64,000 nucleotides of DNA, taken from the NCBI GenBank assembly GCA_035484215.1, contig DATHPE010000008.1, positions 27,326 through 91,325 on the forward strand. Direction: 5' to 3'. Positions 39,840 through 49,362 of the stretch are shown here, piece after piece. A program made the translations under genes and the position numbers. Under the pieces are notes generated by a model. That model was not told where the DNA came from and did not search any database. It saw nothing but the letters and a program-made list of their open reading frames with translations. Numbering within the stretch: the stretch's first letter is position 1; every line of letters starts with the position of its first letter. Source of the stretch: Solirubrobacteraceae bacterium. GTDB lineage: Bacteria; Actinomycetota; Thermoleophilia; Solirubrobacterales; Solirubrobacteraceae.

Positions 39840-40507
39840 CGTCACCGGCCGGGCTGATGGCGCTGCGCCCGGGGAAGATCGTCGCCATCGGGCTGAACTA
39901 CCTCGACCACATCCGCGAGGCGAAGCTGGAGGCGCCCAAGCGCCCGCTGGTGTTCGCCAAGTTCACGACGAGCGTGATCGGCGACGGCGAGGAGATCGTG
40001 ATCGACCGCGAGCTGACCGCCCGCGTCGACTGGGAGGTCGAGCTGGCGGTCGTGATCGGCACGCGCATGTCGCGCGTGGGTGTGGGGGATGCGCTCGATC
40101 ATGTGTTCGGCTACACGGTCGCCAACGACGTGTCCGCCCGCGATCTGCAGTTCTCCGACGGGCAGTGGGTGCGCGCCAAGAGCCTCGACACGTTCTGCCC
40201 GCTCGGCCCGGTGGTCGTGACCGCCGATGAGATCCCCGACCCCCAGCGGCTGGCGCTGCGCACACGGGTCAACGGCGAGACGGTGCAGGACTCGAGCACC
40301 TCCGAGATGCTGTTCGGGGTGGCTGAGCTGCTGTCGTTCTGCTCGCACAGCTTTGTGTTGGAGCCCGGCGACGTCGTGCTGACGGGCACGCCGTGGGGGT
40401 GCGGAGAGTTCATGTCGCCGCCTCGCTCGCTGCAGGCCGGCGACGTCGTCGAAGTCGAGGTCGAGGGGATCGGCACGCTGCGCAACCCGGTCGTCGAGCT
40501 TGGCTGA
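39836..40507 (+). CDS. Fumarylacetoacetate hydrolase family protein
   Basis: KIVAIGLNY, DWEVEL, ANDVSARD, KSLDTFCPLGP, GDVVLTGTP. Confidence 0.92.
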   Translation: MTSPAGLMALRPGKIVAIGLNYLDHIREAKLEAPKRPLVFAKFTTSVIGDGEEIVIDRELTARVDWEVELAVVIGTRMSRVGVGDALDHVFGYTVANDVSARDLQFSDGQWVRAKSLDTFCPLGPVVVTADEIPDPQRLALRTRVNGETVQDSSTSEMLFGVAELLSFCSHSFVLEPGDVVLTGTPWGCGEFMSPPRSLQAGDVVEVEVEGIGTLRNPVVELG

Positions 40508-41877
40508 TGAGCGAGACGCTCGAGCGCGCCCTGCGCCGCATCCTCGGTGATGACGGGGTCGGCTCGGTAGAGGACGCGCGCTTTCATCGCGACGCCACCG
40601 AGGCGCAGGGTCTCAGCGGGATCCCGAGCGCGGTCGCGCTGCCCGGCAGCAGCACGGACGTCGCGGCGGTCGTGCGCTGGTGCTACGAGCACGACGTCGG
40701 GATCGTGCCGCGCGGAGGCGGGACCGGCTTCGCCGGCGGCAGCGTGGCGGTGGACGGCGGCGTGGTCGTCGACCTGAAACGGATGAGCCGCGTGCTCGCC
40801 TTCGACCCGCCACTGTGGCGCATGCACGTCGAGGCCGGGCTGCGCACGAGCGAGGTGCACCGCCTGGCGCGCGAGAACGGGCTGCTGTTCCCCCCCGACC
40901 CGGGCGCCGCCGAGCAGTCGCAGATCGGCGGAAACGTCGCCACCAACGCCGGCGGGCCGCACGCCTTCAAGTACGGCGTCACCGGCCATTGGGTGACCGG
41001 GCTGGAGGCGGTCATGGCGCCGGGTGAGGTGATCGTTGTTGGTGGCGCGATCCGCAAGGACGTCGCGGGCTATGACCTCAAGAGCCTGCTCGTCGGCTCC
41101 GAGGGCACGCTCGGGATCATCACGTCGGTGTGGCTGCGGCTGACGCCCGCCCCGGCTGCGCGCGCGCCGGTGATCGCTGCCTATGGGAGCGCGGCGGAGG
41201 GGTGTGAGGCGATCGAGGCGGTGCTCGCCAACGGGATCGTGCCCGCCGCGCTCGAGTTCCTCGACGCCGGCGCCTTGGACGCCGCCCGCGGGGCGTATCC
41301 CTTCGAGCTGGCTGCGGATGCTCGTTTCATGGTCGTGGCTGAGGTCGACGGCTCAACGGCTGAGACCGATGCGTGCGTCGCCGAGCTGCTGGAGGTGCTC
41401 GCGGAGCGCGCGCTGCACGTCGCCTCGCCGGCGAGCGCGCGGGAGATCGCGGCGCTGTGGCGCTGGCGCGACGGGCTGTCGCTGGCGGTCGAGGCCAGGC
41501 GGGGCGGCAAGATCAGCGAGGACATCGTCGTGCCGCTCGATCGGCTGCGGGATGCGATCGAGGCGACGCTCGAGATCGCCCGCGAGCACGAGCTCGAGGC
41601 ATGCAGCTGGGGCCATGCCGGGGACGGAAACCTGCACTCCACGTTCATGGTCGATCCGCGTGATAGTGACGAGGTGAGCCGTGCGCGCGCAGCCGCGCAT
41701 CAGCTCTACGCGGTCGCGGTTGGGTACGGCGGATCGATCTCCGGCGAGCACGGGCTCGGGTGGGTCAGGCGGGGTCAGCTTGTGGCGCAGTGCAGTCCCG
41801 CGACGCTGGCGGTGCACCACGCGGTCAAGCGGTCGTTCGATCCCAAGGGGTTGATGAACCCGGGGAAGAAGTTGTAG
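40507..41877 (+). CDS. FAD-linked oxidoreductase (GlcD / D-2-hydroxyacid dehydrogenase-like)
   Basis: PRGGGTG..GG, FPPDPGA, IGGNVATNAGG, GSEGTLGII, GHAGDGNLH, SGEHGLG. Confidence 0.9.
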   Translation: MSETLERALRRILGDDGVGSVEDARFHRDATEAQGLSGIPSAVALPGSSTDVAAVVRWCYEHDVGIVPRGGGTGFAGGSVAVDGGVVVDLKRMSRVLAFDPPLWRMHVEAGLRTSEVHRLARENGLLFPPDPGAAEQSQIGGNVATNAGGPHAFKYGVTGHWVTGLEAVMAPGEVIVVGGAIRKDVAGYDLKSLLVGSEGTLGIITSVWLRLTPAPAARAPVIAAYGSAAEGCEAIEAVLANGIVPAALEFLDAGALDAARGAYPFELAADARFMVVAEVDGSTAETDACVAELLEVLAERALHVASPASAREIAALWRWRDGLSLAVEARRGGKISEDIVVPLDRLRDAIEATLEIAREHELEACSWGHAGDGNLHSTFMVDPRDSDEVSRARAAAHQLYAVAVGYGGSISGEHGLGWVRRGQLVAQCSPATLAVHHAVKRSFDPKGLMNPGKKL

Positions 41878-41878
41878 G

Positions 41879-41947
41879 GAGGCACTGGCCGAGCGCTGGC
41901 GACCGTATCGCGCGTACGCTGTCCAGCATCTGTGGGCGACAAGATGA
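41879..41947 (+). pseudogene. alkA: 3' remnant of DNA-3-methyladenine glycosylase II
   Basis: Reads EALAERWRPYRAYAVQHLWATR*, matching the AlkA C-terminal W.P.R.YA...LW motif; no start codon; TGA overlaps the next ATG. Confidence 0.72.
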
Positions 41948-42756
41948 CCACGCACGCTGAAAAGGCCACTCGCTTCCTCGAGCTCCACCGTCAGGAGCGT
42001 CCGCTGCTGCTGGCCAACGCCTGGGACGTCGGCTCGGCCAGGCTGCTGGCTTCAGTCGGCTATCAGGCTCTAGCGACCACCAGCAGCGGCTACGCCGCGA
42101 GCCTCGGCCGGCTCGACTACGGGGTCACCCGCGATGAGGCGCTCGCACATGCCGCCGCGCTCGTCGCCGCGACCGACGTGCCCGTCTCGGCGGACCTCGA
42201 GGAGTGCTTCGCCGTGGACTCCGCTGGCGTCGCCGAGACCGTGCGTCTTGCGCTTGACGTCGGCCTCGCCGGCTGCTCGGTCGAGGACTGGAACCCGCGC
42301 GGGCAACGCCTGTACGACATCGATGAGGCCGCCGAGCGCGTCGCGGCGGCAGCCGAGGCCGCGCACGCCGGTCCCGTGCACCTCGTGCTCACCGCGCGCG
42401 CCGAGAACCACCTGCGTGGGAACCCCGACGTGCAGGACACGATCTCGCGCCTGCTCGCCTATCAGCAGGCCGGCGCTGACGTGCTGTACGCCCCCGCGCT
42501 CGATCGACCCGAGGACCTGCGCGAGCTGCTCGCCGCGGTCGAGTTGCCGGTCAACGTACTCGCGCGCGCCGCCACGCCGCCGGTGGCGGAGCTCGCGGCG
42601 TTGGGGGTCAAGCGCATCTCCGTCGGCGGTGGGTTCGCGTTCGCGGCTTACGGGGCAGCGGTCAAGGTCGCGAGCGAGCTGCTCGGCCAGGGGACCTACG
42701 GCTTCACGGAGCTGTCGGCTGCAGGTGCGAAGGCTGTGCGCGCGGCGTTCGACTGA
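41944..42756 (+). CDS. Isocitrate lyase / PEP mutase family protein
   Basis: NAWDVGSA, LATTSSG, CSVED, LTARAE, AGADVLY. Confidence 0.88.
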   Translation: MTTHAEKATRFLELHRQERPLLLANAWDVGSARLLASVGYQALATTSSGYAASLGRLDYGVTRDEALAHAAALVAATDVPVSADLEECFAVDSAGVAETVRLALDVGLAGCSVEDWNPRGQRLYDIDEAAERVAAAAEAAHAGPVHLVLTARAENHLRGNPDVQDTISRLLAYQQAGADVLYAPALDRPEDLRELLAAVELPVNVLARAATPPVAELAALGVKRISVGGGFAFAAYGAAVKVASELLGQGTYGFTELSAAGAKAVRAAFD

Positions 42757-43050
42757 GCTAGTGAGTTCGAGCCACCGGGCGTTGAACGGCGTCGACCGGA
42801 TCAGGCTGCTGTCAGACGCTCGCAGGCGCACCAGACGTCGCTCGTTCGGGCGGAGTTGGCAAAGACGCCGGCAGGGCATTTCATCGGGGTTAGACGTAGG
42901 TACCTATACCCGAGCGACGGTACCGGCCGCGTTGACGGCTAACGTTTCTCGATGCTGCGATCTGCCATCAGCCGAAAAGGCTCGGTTTTTGCGTGTATGG
43001 GCACCCCGCTTGCTCCCAACAACCGCGAAGATGCATAGGAAGGCACGGCC

Positions 43051-44151
43051 GTGACCACGCTGACCACCCGCACGCACCAGTTTCGCTATAGCGTCAGTCT
43101 CGACGAGATCGAGGCGCGCCTTCTTAGCTGGTCAGCGGACAGCGACGGCGAAGCGGAGACGGTGCTTGATCTCTCCGAGTGCCGCCACGTGGACCCAGGT
43201 GCCGGCATGCGTCTGACGAATGCCATGCGGCGGTGGTCGGCAGGTCGCTTGGTTGTGTGGGTGCCTCCGGACGTTGATCTGCAGGGCAGCGACTGGTTTC
43301 GGCTATTCACGCGGTCGGGGCTCGGTTGGGCGATGGCCGCGCACGCTTGTGCTGTGTACTCCGGCAGCCGGGACATCGCTGAGGACATCAGGGCGTACTA
43401 CGAGGCGACATCATCATCACACGCTGTCAACTGCGTGATGTTCCGAGACATAGAGGACGGCGCGCTCGTCCCAACCCAGGATCGTTTCGTCAGCACGATG
43501 CTTCAGGCGATACGGCACCACTTGCAGCACGCCTATGCTTCCATCGAAGCCGGTGATCGTCGCTTGCTTGCTCGTTTGGCGCACGAGGCAGTCACGAACG
43601 TGGTCGACCATGCGTTTGCGGCACCGTGGCACGACGCCGGGACGCTACTGAGCTACCTCTCCGTCCGTTGGTATCGCACAATAAGCGCTAAGAACGACGA
43701 GCTGGGCGGCCTGCGCAGCTATATCTCAGCGCACCGCGAGGGCCTAGCGCCAACGGACACCATTGCCGGATGGATGGAGATCGTTGTGGCAGATGACGGC
43801 GTGGGCATCGCTGCCCGCCATGCCCTTATCGATGAAACGACGATGTACTCGGGATCCATCTCCGCCGAGGATGAGGCACTGCGCGAAGCACTGCGTAGCA
43901 GCTCCACAGTCAAGCTCCGCGCACTCGACGCCCAGCTCCGCGGGGAGCCAGGCTACGGCACGTCCATCATGCTTGAGTGCCTAAAGGGCATCAAGGCATA
44001 CGCTGCTCTGCGCACCGGCCGACGACTGGTGGAGTTCGATCCGTGGCGACACGAGCGATTCGAACTCCATGAGTCTGACCTCGGCTGGCTTCCTGGTACA
44101 GCGATGCAGGTCCTATTGCCCGTGCTGGACCCTCAGCTGCGCATCACGTAG
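43051..44151 (+). CDS. Uncharacterised STAS-like plus GHKL (histidine kinase-like ATPase) protein
   Basis: VLDLSECRHVDP (STAS-like); HEAVTNVVDHA (N box), ADDGVGI (G1), GEPGYG (G2); AGGAAGG RBS. Confidence 0.7.
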   Translation: MTTLTTRTHQFRYSVSLDEIEARLLSWSADSDGEAETVLDLSECRHVDPGAGMRLTNAMRRWSAGRLVVWVPPDVDLQGSDWFRLFTRSGLGWAMAAHACAVYSGSRDIAEDIRAYYEATSSSHAVNCVMFRDIEDGALVPTQDRFVSTMLQAIRHHLQHAYASIEAGDRRLLARLAHEAVTNVVDHAFAAPWHDAGTLLSYLSVRWYRTISAKNDELGGLRSYISAHREGLAPTDTIAGWMEIVVADDGVGIAARHALIDETTMYSGSISAEDEALREALRSSSTVKLRALDAQLRGEPGYGTSIMLECLKGIKAYAALRTGRRLVEFDPWRHERFELHESDLGWLPGTAMQVLLPVLDPQLRIT

Positions 44152-44167
44152 CCATAGCGACTATTCC

Positions 44168-46327
44168 GTGTCTCTGCGGTGTCTCAGCTTCCAACATTAC
44201 GAGCACCTGTTCGACGAGGAGAGCATCGCGACCGGCCCCGAGCCATTTCCAGGCCATCGCGTCATGCTGTTCGATCCGCGAGTGGAGCGCGGTAGCCGGT
44301 CGATCGGCGAGCGCTGGCGTCAACTCGATGCGGCGAAGCGAACGGCAGACCTGATCATCGTCCGAGGCAGCACCAAGCACTTCGCGGTCAGTGTCGAGGA
44401 GGACACACTGCTACGCGACACGGTTGCCGAGGTGCCATTGATCACGTTGACGGGCAGTTGGAATGCCGCCAAGCGAGCCCCACAGCTCGGAGCCCCCAGC
44501 TGGGCGTCCGCGAATGACATCGTGCTTGACCTAGATCAGCTGCGAACCTTCGAACTCCTTACGCTGATTCTTGAGAGCAAGGCTGTTTACCGAGAGCTTG
44601 GTTGCCACTTCCGCCTGCCATCGTCCAGGTTCCACGCGGCGGCGTTTATTCGCCTCGCCGATGCGCTTGATGACCATACTGACTTGGTCCGCGTCGCAGA
44701 CTGGGTTCTGCCAAGACTCGATGACGGGACGGCGCTGCTCGGCGACAACGGGTCTCTGATCGGCCTGCTAAGCGTGGTAAGCCGCGAGGCGCTGGTCCGC
44801 TTCGACTGGGAAGTGCCCGTGGCAACACTCAACGAGTACCCATCCGATTCGGAGATGATTCGCTCATTCATCGATGGCTTCCGTGCGCAGGACTGGGAGC
44901 GTTTGCTGTTCCTGATCACGGTGAGTTCGAGTGGATCGATCGCCTCGCGTGTCAGCGCACTGGATGATGTCGACATTGATGTTGTGGTGCTCTGCGGCAC
45001 CGATCCGCCTGGTGAGGGGCCCGCAACTTGCTTCACCCGTCATTGTGTTGAGCGTTGGGATGCCGGCTCCGACCAGTCTTGCCCTCAGTGCACAAGTCTT
45101 CACTGCCTCGTGGTCGACCCGCAGACCTATGAGGTGCGTACTCTTCTTTACGGAAATCAGCGGAGCGTCGATATTGACGAGGCTGGTCGATGTGCCCCGT
45201 TCTGGGAGGCAGCAGACCGCCAAGACGCCGTCTCCCTGCATGCACAAGTGCCCACCGCCGATGGGAACCCCGCCGGAAGCCGCCATCACGCCGTTGCCCT
45301 CGATGTCCCCCGGCTCCTTGAAGACCCGTGGTTCCGAGATCAATGCCTTGAGGTGCTGCGCCGTCAGCCGTGCCCCGATCTCGTGCTAATCCCACGACAT
45401 AGCGCAGGCGCACCGTTGGCCGAGCTCGTCTGCGAGGCTCACCATCTCGAGCAGTCCGCCGTCCTCCACGTGTCCATCGGCGACTTTGAGCCGAAACTCA
45501 TCGAAAGGTTGCGAACCTGCGAACGCGTTCTTGTTGCCGATGACGTCGTGATCACCGCAGAGACCATGGTGGCGCTGCGCCGTCGCGTCTACGACGCGAC
45601 GAGCGGCAGCGGTGACATCGAGGTGTGGGGCTTTACGGCGGTGATGCGCCCACCATCCAAGCTCGAGCTCAACCACGTCCGTCGTCCCTTTCGCGGTCCT
45701 GCCGCCGACGGCGGCTCCGAGGTCCGCCTCGCGACAGGCTTCGAGGTCTTCCTGCCCGCTCCCGGGAGCCAGGCGTGCCCGTGGTGCGCCGAGCGCGACC
45801 TGCTCAACAATCGGCTCGCCGGTCTTGCAGGACGGGCACGGCAGGTCGCGCAAGCTCGGCTTACGCGCCTGAGGGCCAGCGGCGGCCTTGAGCCACCGCT
45901 CTTGCTTGTGGGCGACGCCGGGACAACGCGGACCGACGGCTCCTACTTCGGCGCTCTGTACCCCAAGGCTGCCTTTGCGGCTGCCACTGCGGTAGCGCAA
46001 CGCCAGAAGGACACCTTTCTGCGCGATCGCCAAGTCAACGAACTGTGTGTTTTCAATGTCCCCCTTGCACTTGATGCCTTCTTCGACACGATCGTGCTGG
46101 CCGGGCTGCTGCGCACATTCGATCGCCGTGACTTGCGAGACGTCACGCACGACGCTGAGGTAGACCGCGCACTCGGCGAGTACCAAATGCGGCCTGGTAC
46201 GCTCATTGAGGCCGGGCTCGCTGCAGTCAACGGCAAGGTGCCACCCGAGTCCGTCCGGCACCGCCTTGAGAACAGTGATCTCGGCGAGGTCGCTGAGCTA
46301 CTACTCGCCTTGCTCGGCAGCGAATAG
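44168..46327 (+). CDS. Uncharacterised protein with two tandem PyrE-like phosphoribosyltransferase folds; start uncertain
   Basis: CHFRLPS.RFH..FI and LLFLITVSSSGS..SCPQC, then RHH..LD, VLVADDVVITAET..ACPWC. Confidence 0.6.
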   Translation: MSLRCLSFQHYEHLFDEESIATGPEPFPGHRVMLFDPRVERGSRSIGERWRQLDAAKRTADLIIVRGSTKHFAVSVEEDTLLRDTVAEVPLITLTGSWNAAKRAPQLGAPSWASANDIVLDLDQLRTFELLTLILESKAVYRELGCHFRLPSSRFHAAAFIRLADALDDHTDLVRVADWVLPRLDDGTALLGDNGSLIGLLSVVSREALVRFDWEVPVATLNEYPSDSEMIRSFIDGFRAQDWERLLFLITVSSSGSIASRVSALDDVDIDVVVLCGTDPPGEGPATCFTRHCVERWDAGSDQSCPQCTSLHCLVVDPQTYEVRTLLYGNQRSVDIDEAGRCAPFWEAADRQDAVSLHAQVPTADGNPAGSRHHAVALDVPRLLEDPWFRDQCLEVLRRQPCPDLVLIPRHSAGAPLAELVCEAHHLEQSAVLHVSIGDFEPKLIERLRTCERVLVADDVVITAETMVALRRRVYDATSGSGDIEVWGFTAVMRPPSKLELNHVRRPFRGPAADGGSEVRLATGFEVFLPAPGSQACPWCAERDLLNNRLAGLAGRARQVAQARLTRLRASGGLEPPLLLVGDAGTTRTDGSYFGALYPKAAFAAATAVAQRQKDTFLRDRQVNELCVFNVPLALDAFFDTIVLAGLLRTFDRRDLRDVTHDAEVDRALGEYQMRPGTLIEAGLAAVNGKVPPESVRHRLENSDLGEVAELLLALLGSE

Positions 46328-47896
46328 CCGGCGGCGACTCTCAGACCGGATCTCGGAGAGAATCCGCTCTAGACGTGGCTCATCGGTCATGTCGACGTAC
46401 TTCATGGCGTCGCCGACAGCGGGATGCACCTCGCGAATCAGGCGGTGCATCTCATGTGCAATCGCTCGGTAGCTCGGGTGCCCCTCGCGACCGGACCGCA
46501 ACTCGACTACGTGCATAGCCTCTCGCGCGTTGAGGTCGAGCACGTATCGAACGCGATAAGCCAAGCACAGGGCATAAGGCGCATGGAGAGAGTCACCAGC
46601 CTCAACAAGCGCCCGCCAAGCTTCGCGCGAGCGTGTCACGGCCGCACGATAGTCATCGGTGAGACCGGCGGCGGAGATCTCCTCGGGCACGGAGGCACCC
46701 AGGTGCGGACTTAGCGTCTGCCACTGGACCGTGAGCATGCGGTGGCGCTGGAGATCGCGGAAGGCTCCGTAGTCAGAGACGATCTCGAAGCGGTACCGTA
46801 GCGCCTCAAAGCCTCGCCCCGGACGGTGACGCCGGTTCTCGCGGAGACCGATAAGCGCTGCGATGCTGGCGGTCCGCTCGTCGGCACTCAGCTGTGCGAC
46901 GTGCCGGCGGATCTCGTCCCCCCCGACGTCGGAGGCCTCAAACAGCAGCGCTGTCAGCAGCAGCTCTTCGGTCCCGTCGACGTGCACAAGCCGCACGCTT
47001 GGTCCTTCATGGGTGGCGTCGCGATCGAGTCCGAAGCGACTAGCGATGATGCCGGCCTCCTCGGTCCGCCGACGCAGGAACGCTAGCCATCGCCCCCCCC
47101 GGTCTGGGTGCTCGATGCGCGAGACGAAACTGGGCATTGTCGCCTTCATGGCCGAGAGCATCATCTCGCCGTAGTTACGCGCCTCCGGCAGCGGGTGCGC
47201 CAGCAGGTGCAGAATTAGGGACTCGAAGGTTTGGCCGCTAGCGAAGATACCCATGTGGGACAGTGAGGCGGCCGGCAGCAGGCCACGGACAAGATCCAAA
47301 GCCTTGGCCTTTATCGCCCTAGAGTGAGCGGCCGGCGACTCGTCCAGGCCAGCGGGAAACTGCTCTGCGGCCCAGGCAGACACGCGAGGTAGCAATGACG
47401 CATAGGTATCGAACAGGTAATCCATCGCCTGTTCATATGATGGCCCGAGTTCGGAATTGCGGTAGTAACGGTAGCCGCCGTCTGGCACCGGCTGGTCGTA
47501 GGCGATATAGCGTGTCGACTGCTCGAGATACGAACCGAGTCGTGGGCGCTGCAGGATCTTGGTCATGATGTTGGATACCCACTCGCACGCGATGTGGGCC
47601 CCGCCTAGCTGTGCGACGGAATCGTCGCCATAACCTAGGAAGATGCGGTCATAAAGCGCGGACGCGCGCTTTCCCTCCGCGGATACCTTCGGCGCGACGT
47701 CAGACGGGAGGTCGTCAGCGAACTCGTCGAGCAGAAGTCGGCGCAGCGTGCCGGGATAGCGCGAGTACCGCGCGAACAGCGCACCCTTGACCGTCTCGGG
47801 GAGGTTAACGAGCGCAAACACGGGAGCATCGACATCGGTGACGAACTGGGCGAGCGTGGCGCGCTCGGCGTCGGTGAACTCTTCGACGGGAAGCAC
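46301..47896 (-). CDS. thyX: FAD-dependent thymidylate synthase, long tandem-domain form
   Basis: ALFARYSR, YG.DSVAQL, SYLEQSTRY, RGLLPAA, FRDLQRHR, ELRS; overlaps the PRTase gene convergently by 27 bp. Confidence 0.85.
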   Translation of the reverse strand: MLPVEEFTDAERATLAQFVTDVDAPVFALVNLPETVKGALFARYSRYPGTLRRLLLDEFADDLPSDVAPKVSAEGKRASALYDRIFLGYGDDSVAQLGGAHIACEWVSNIMTKILQRPRLGSYLEQSTRYIAYDQPVPDGGYRYYRNSELGPSYEQAMDYLFDTYASLLPRVSAWAAEQFPAGLDESPAAHSRAIKAKALDLVRGLLPAASLSHMGIFASGQTFESLILHLLAHPLPEARNYGEMMLSAMKATMPSFVSRIEHPDRGGRWLAFLRRRTEEAGIIASRFGLDRDATHEGPSVRLVHVDGTEELLLTALLFEASDVGGDEIRRHVAQLSADERTASIAALIGLRENRRHRPGRGFEALRYRFEIVSDYGAFRDLQRHRMLTVQWQTLSPHLGASVPEEISAAGLTDDYRAAVTRSREAWRALVEAGDSLHAPYALCLAYRVRYVLDLNAREAMHVVELRSGREGHPSYRAIAHEMHRLIREVHPAVGDAMKYVDMTDEPRLERILSEIRSESRRRLFAAEQGE

Positions 47897-47951
47897 GTTG
47901 ACATCCTCGCAGGGACCGCTGGTGTAGGTCGGCGTAACCAGCTCGCGGCGC

Positions 47952-49331
47952 TCAGGCCGACCCCACGGCCACCGTATCCAAGCGCGCCGGTGTCCGCCTG
48001 GCGAGCACCCGCACCCGCGTACCCCCGCGCGGCCTGAGCGTCGGCCCTCCCGGCACGGGGCGCGCCGGCGTCGCCGACACCCGCTCGAGCTCGACGCGCG
48101 CGAGCATCTCGCGCAGCACGATCTTCATCTCCAGCAGCGCCAGCGACGCGCCGAGGCAGCGATGCGCGCCGCCGCCGAACGGCAGGAACGAGTAGCCGTC
48201 GGGCTGCTCGTCGAGGAAGCGCTCGGGGCGAAACACGTGCGGCTCTGGATACGTGCGCGGGTCGTGGTGCACGCCGTAGGCGTCGACGAGCACCGCCACG
48301 TCGAACGGGATCGTCCAGGGGCCGATCGTGAACGGCTCGAGCATGTGGCGGGCGCTGGTGATCGGGATCGGCGAGCGGATGCGCAGGATCTCCTTCACGA
48401 GCGCCTCAAGATAGGCGTCGTCGCCCTCGCGCGCCCTGACCATCACGGCGGGATTGTGCACCAGCAGTTCGACCCCCCACGCGGTCGCCGTGGCGGTCGT
48501 CTCGTGGCCGGCCGCGATCAGCGTGATCAGTTCGTCGCGCAGCTGCTCGTCGTTCAAACCGTCTCCGTCCTCGTCGCGTGCGCCGACCATCAGCGCGAGG
48601 ATGTCCTCGCGCTCGCCCAGCAGCGGGTCCGAGCGGGTCGCCGCGATGTGCTCGAACAGGAGCGCGTCGAGTTCGTCTTTCAAGCGCCACGGGCGCCGCG
48701 AGAGCAGGTTCCAGCGGGCGCGGCGCGTGAGCTGCGGCACGAACATCGCGAAGCTGTTCAGCGGCGTGTTCAGCTGGTCGAAGATGTCCCGCAGCCGCCT
48801 GCGCATGGCCACGTCGGAGACCCCCAGCACCGCCTGCAGGATCACGTCGAGCGTCAGCGCCTGGGCGATCGGCTGCACCTTCACCACCTCGCCCGGGCGC
48901 AGGCGATCGAGCTCCGCGGCGGTCAGCCGCTGCATCAGGCGCGCGTAGGACTGCACGCGCTCGCCGTGGAAGGGCGGCAGCAGCATCTTGCGCCGCGTGA
49001 GGTGCTCCGGCGGCTCGAGCATCAGCATCGAGTGCTCGCCCAGGAACGTGCTCAGCAGGTCGTTGCCGTGGCGCTTGCCCAGCGGGTCGCCGGTGTACAG
49101 GCGCCGGATCACATCGCGGTCGCGCGTGAGCACCGCCGTCGGCGAGCTGCCGACGCGGACGGTGAACGTGTCCCCGTAGCGTTCGTGACCGCGATCGCTG
49201 AACTGCGCGTAGCGCCAGATCCGCGCCAGCGCCTGCACGGACCGCGGCATGCGCGGCCCGGGCGGCAGCGAGCTGCTGGCGCCGAGCGGCGCGCCTGCGT
49301 CCTCAGCCGGGGTCGCGAGGGCGGCGGACAT
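47952..49331 (-). CDS. Cytochrome P450
   Basis: AGHETT (I helix), EILR (K helix), FRPERF, FGGGAHRCLG (haem Cys). Confidence 0.95.
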   Translation of the reverse strand: MSAALATPAEDAGAPLGASSSLPPGPRMPRSVQALARIWRYAQFSDRGHERYGDTFTVRVGSSPTAVLTRDRDVIRRLYTGDPLGKRHGNDLLSTFLGEHSMLMLEPPEHLTRRKMLLPPFHGERVQSYARLMQRLTAAELDRLRPGEVVKVQPIAQALTLDVILQAVLGVSDVAMRRRLRDIFDQLNTPLNSFAMFVPQLTRRARWNLLSRRPWRLKDELDALLFEHIAATRSDPLLGEREDILALMVGARDEDGDGLNDEQLRDELITLIAAGHETTATATAWGVELLVHNPAVMVRAREGDDAYLEALVKEILRIRSPIPITSARHMLEPFTIGPWTIPFDVAVLVDAYGVHHDPRTYPEPHVFRPERFLDEQPDGYSFLPFGGGAHRCLGASLALLEMKIVLREMLARVELERVSATPARPVPGGPTLRPRGGTRVRVLARRTPARLDTVAVGSA

Positions 49332-49362
49332 CTACGACAACGGTAGTGGTATATCCCGTGCG

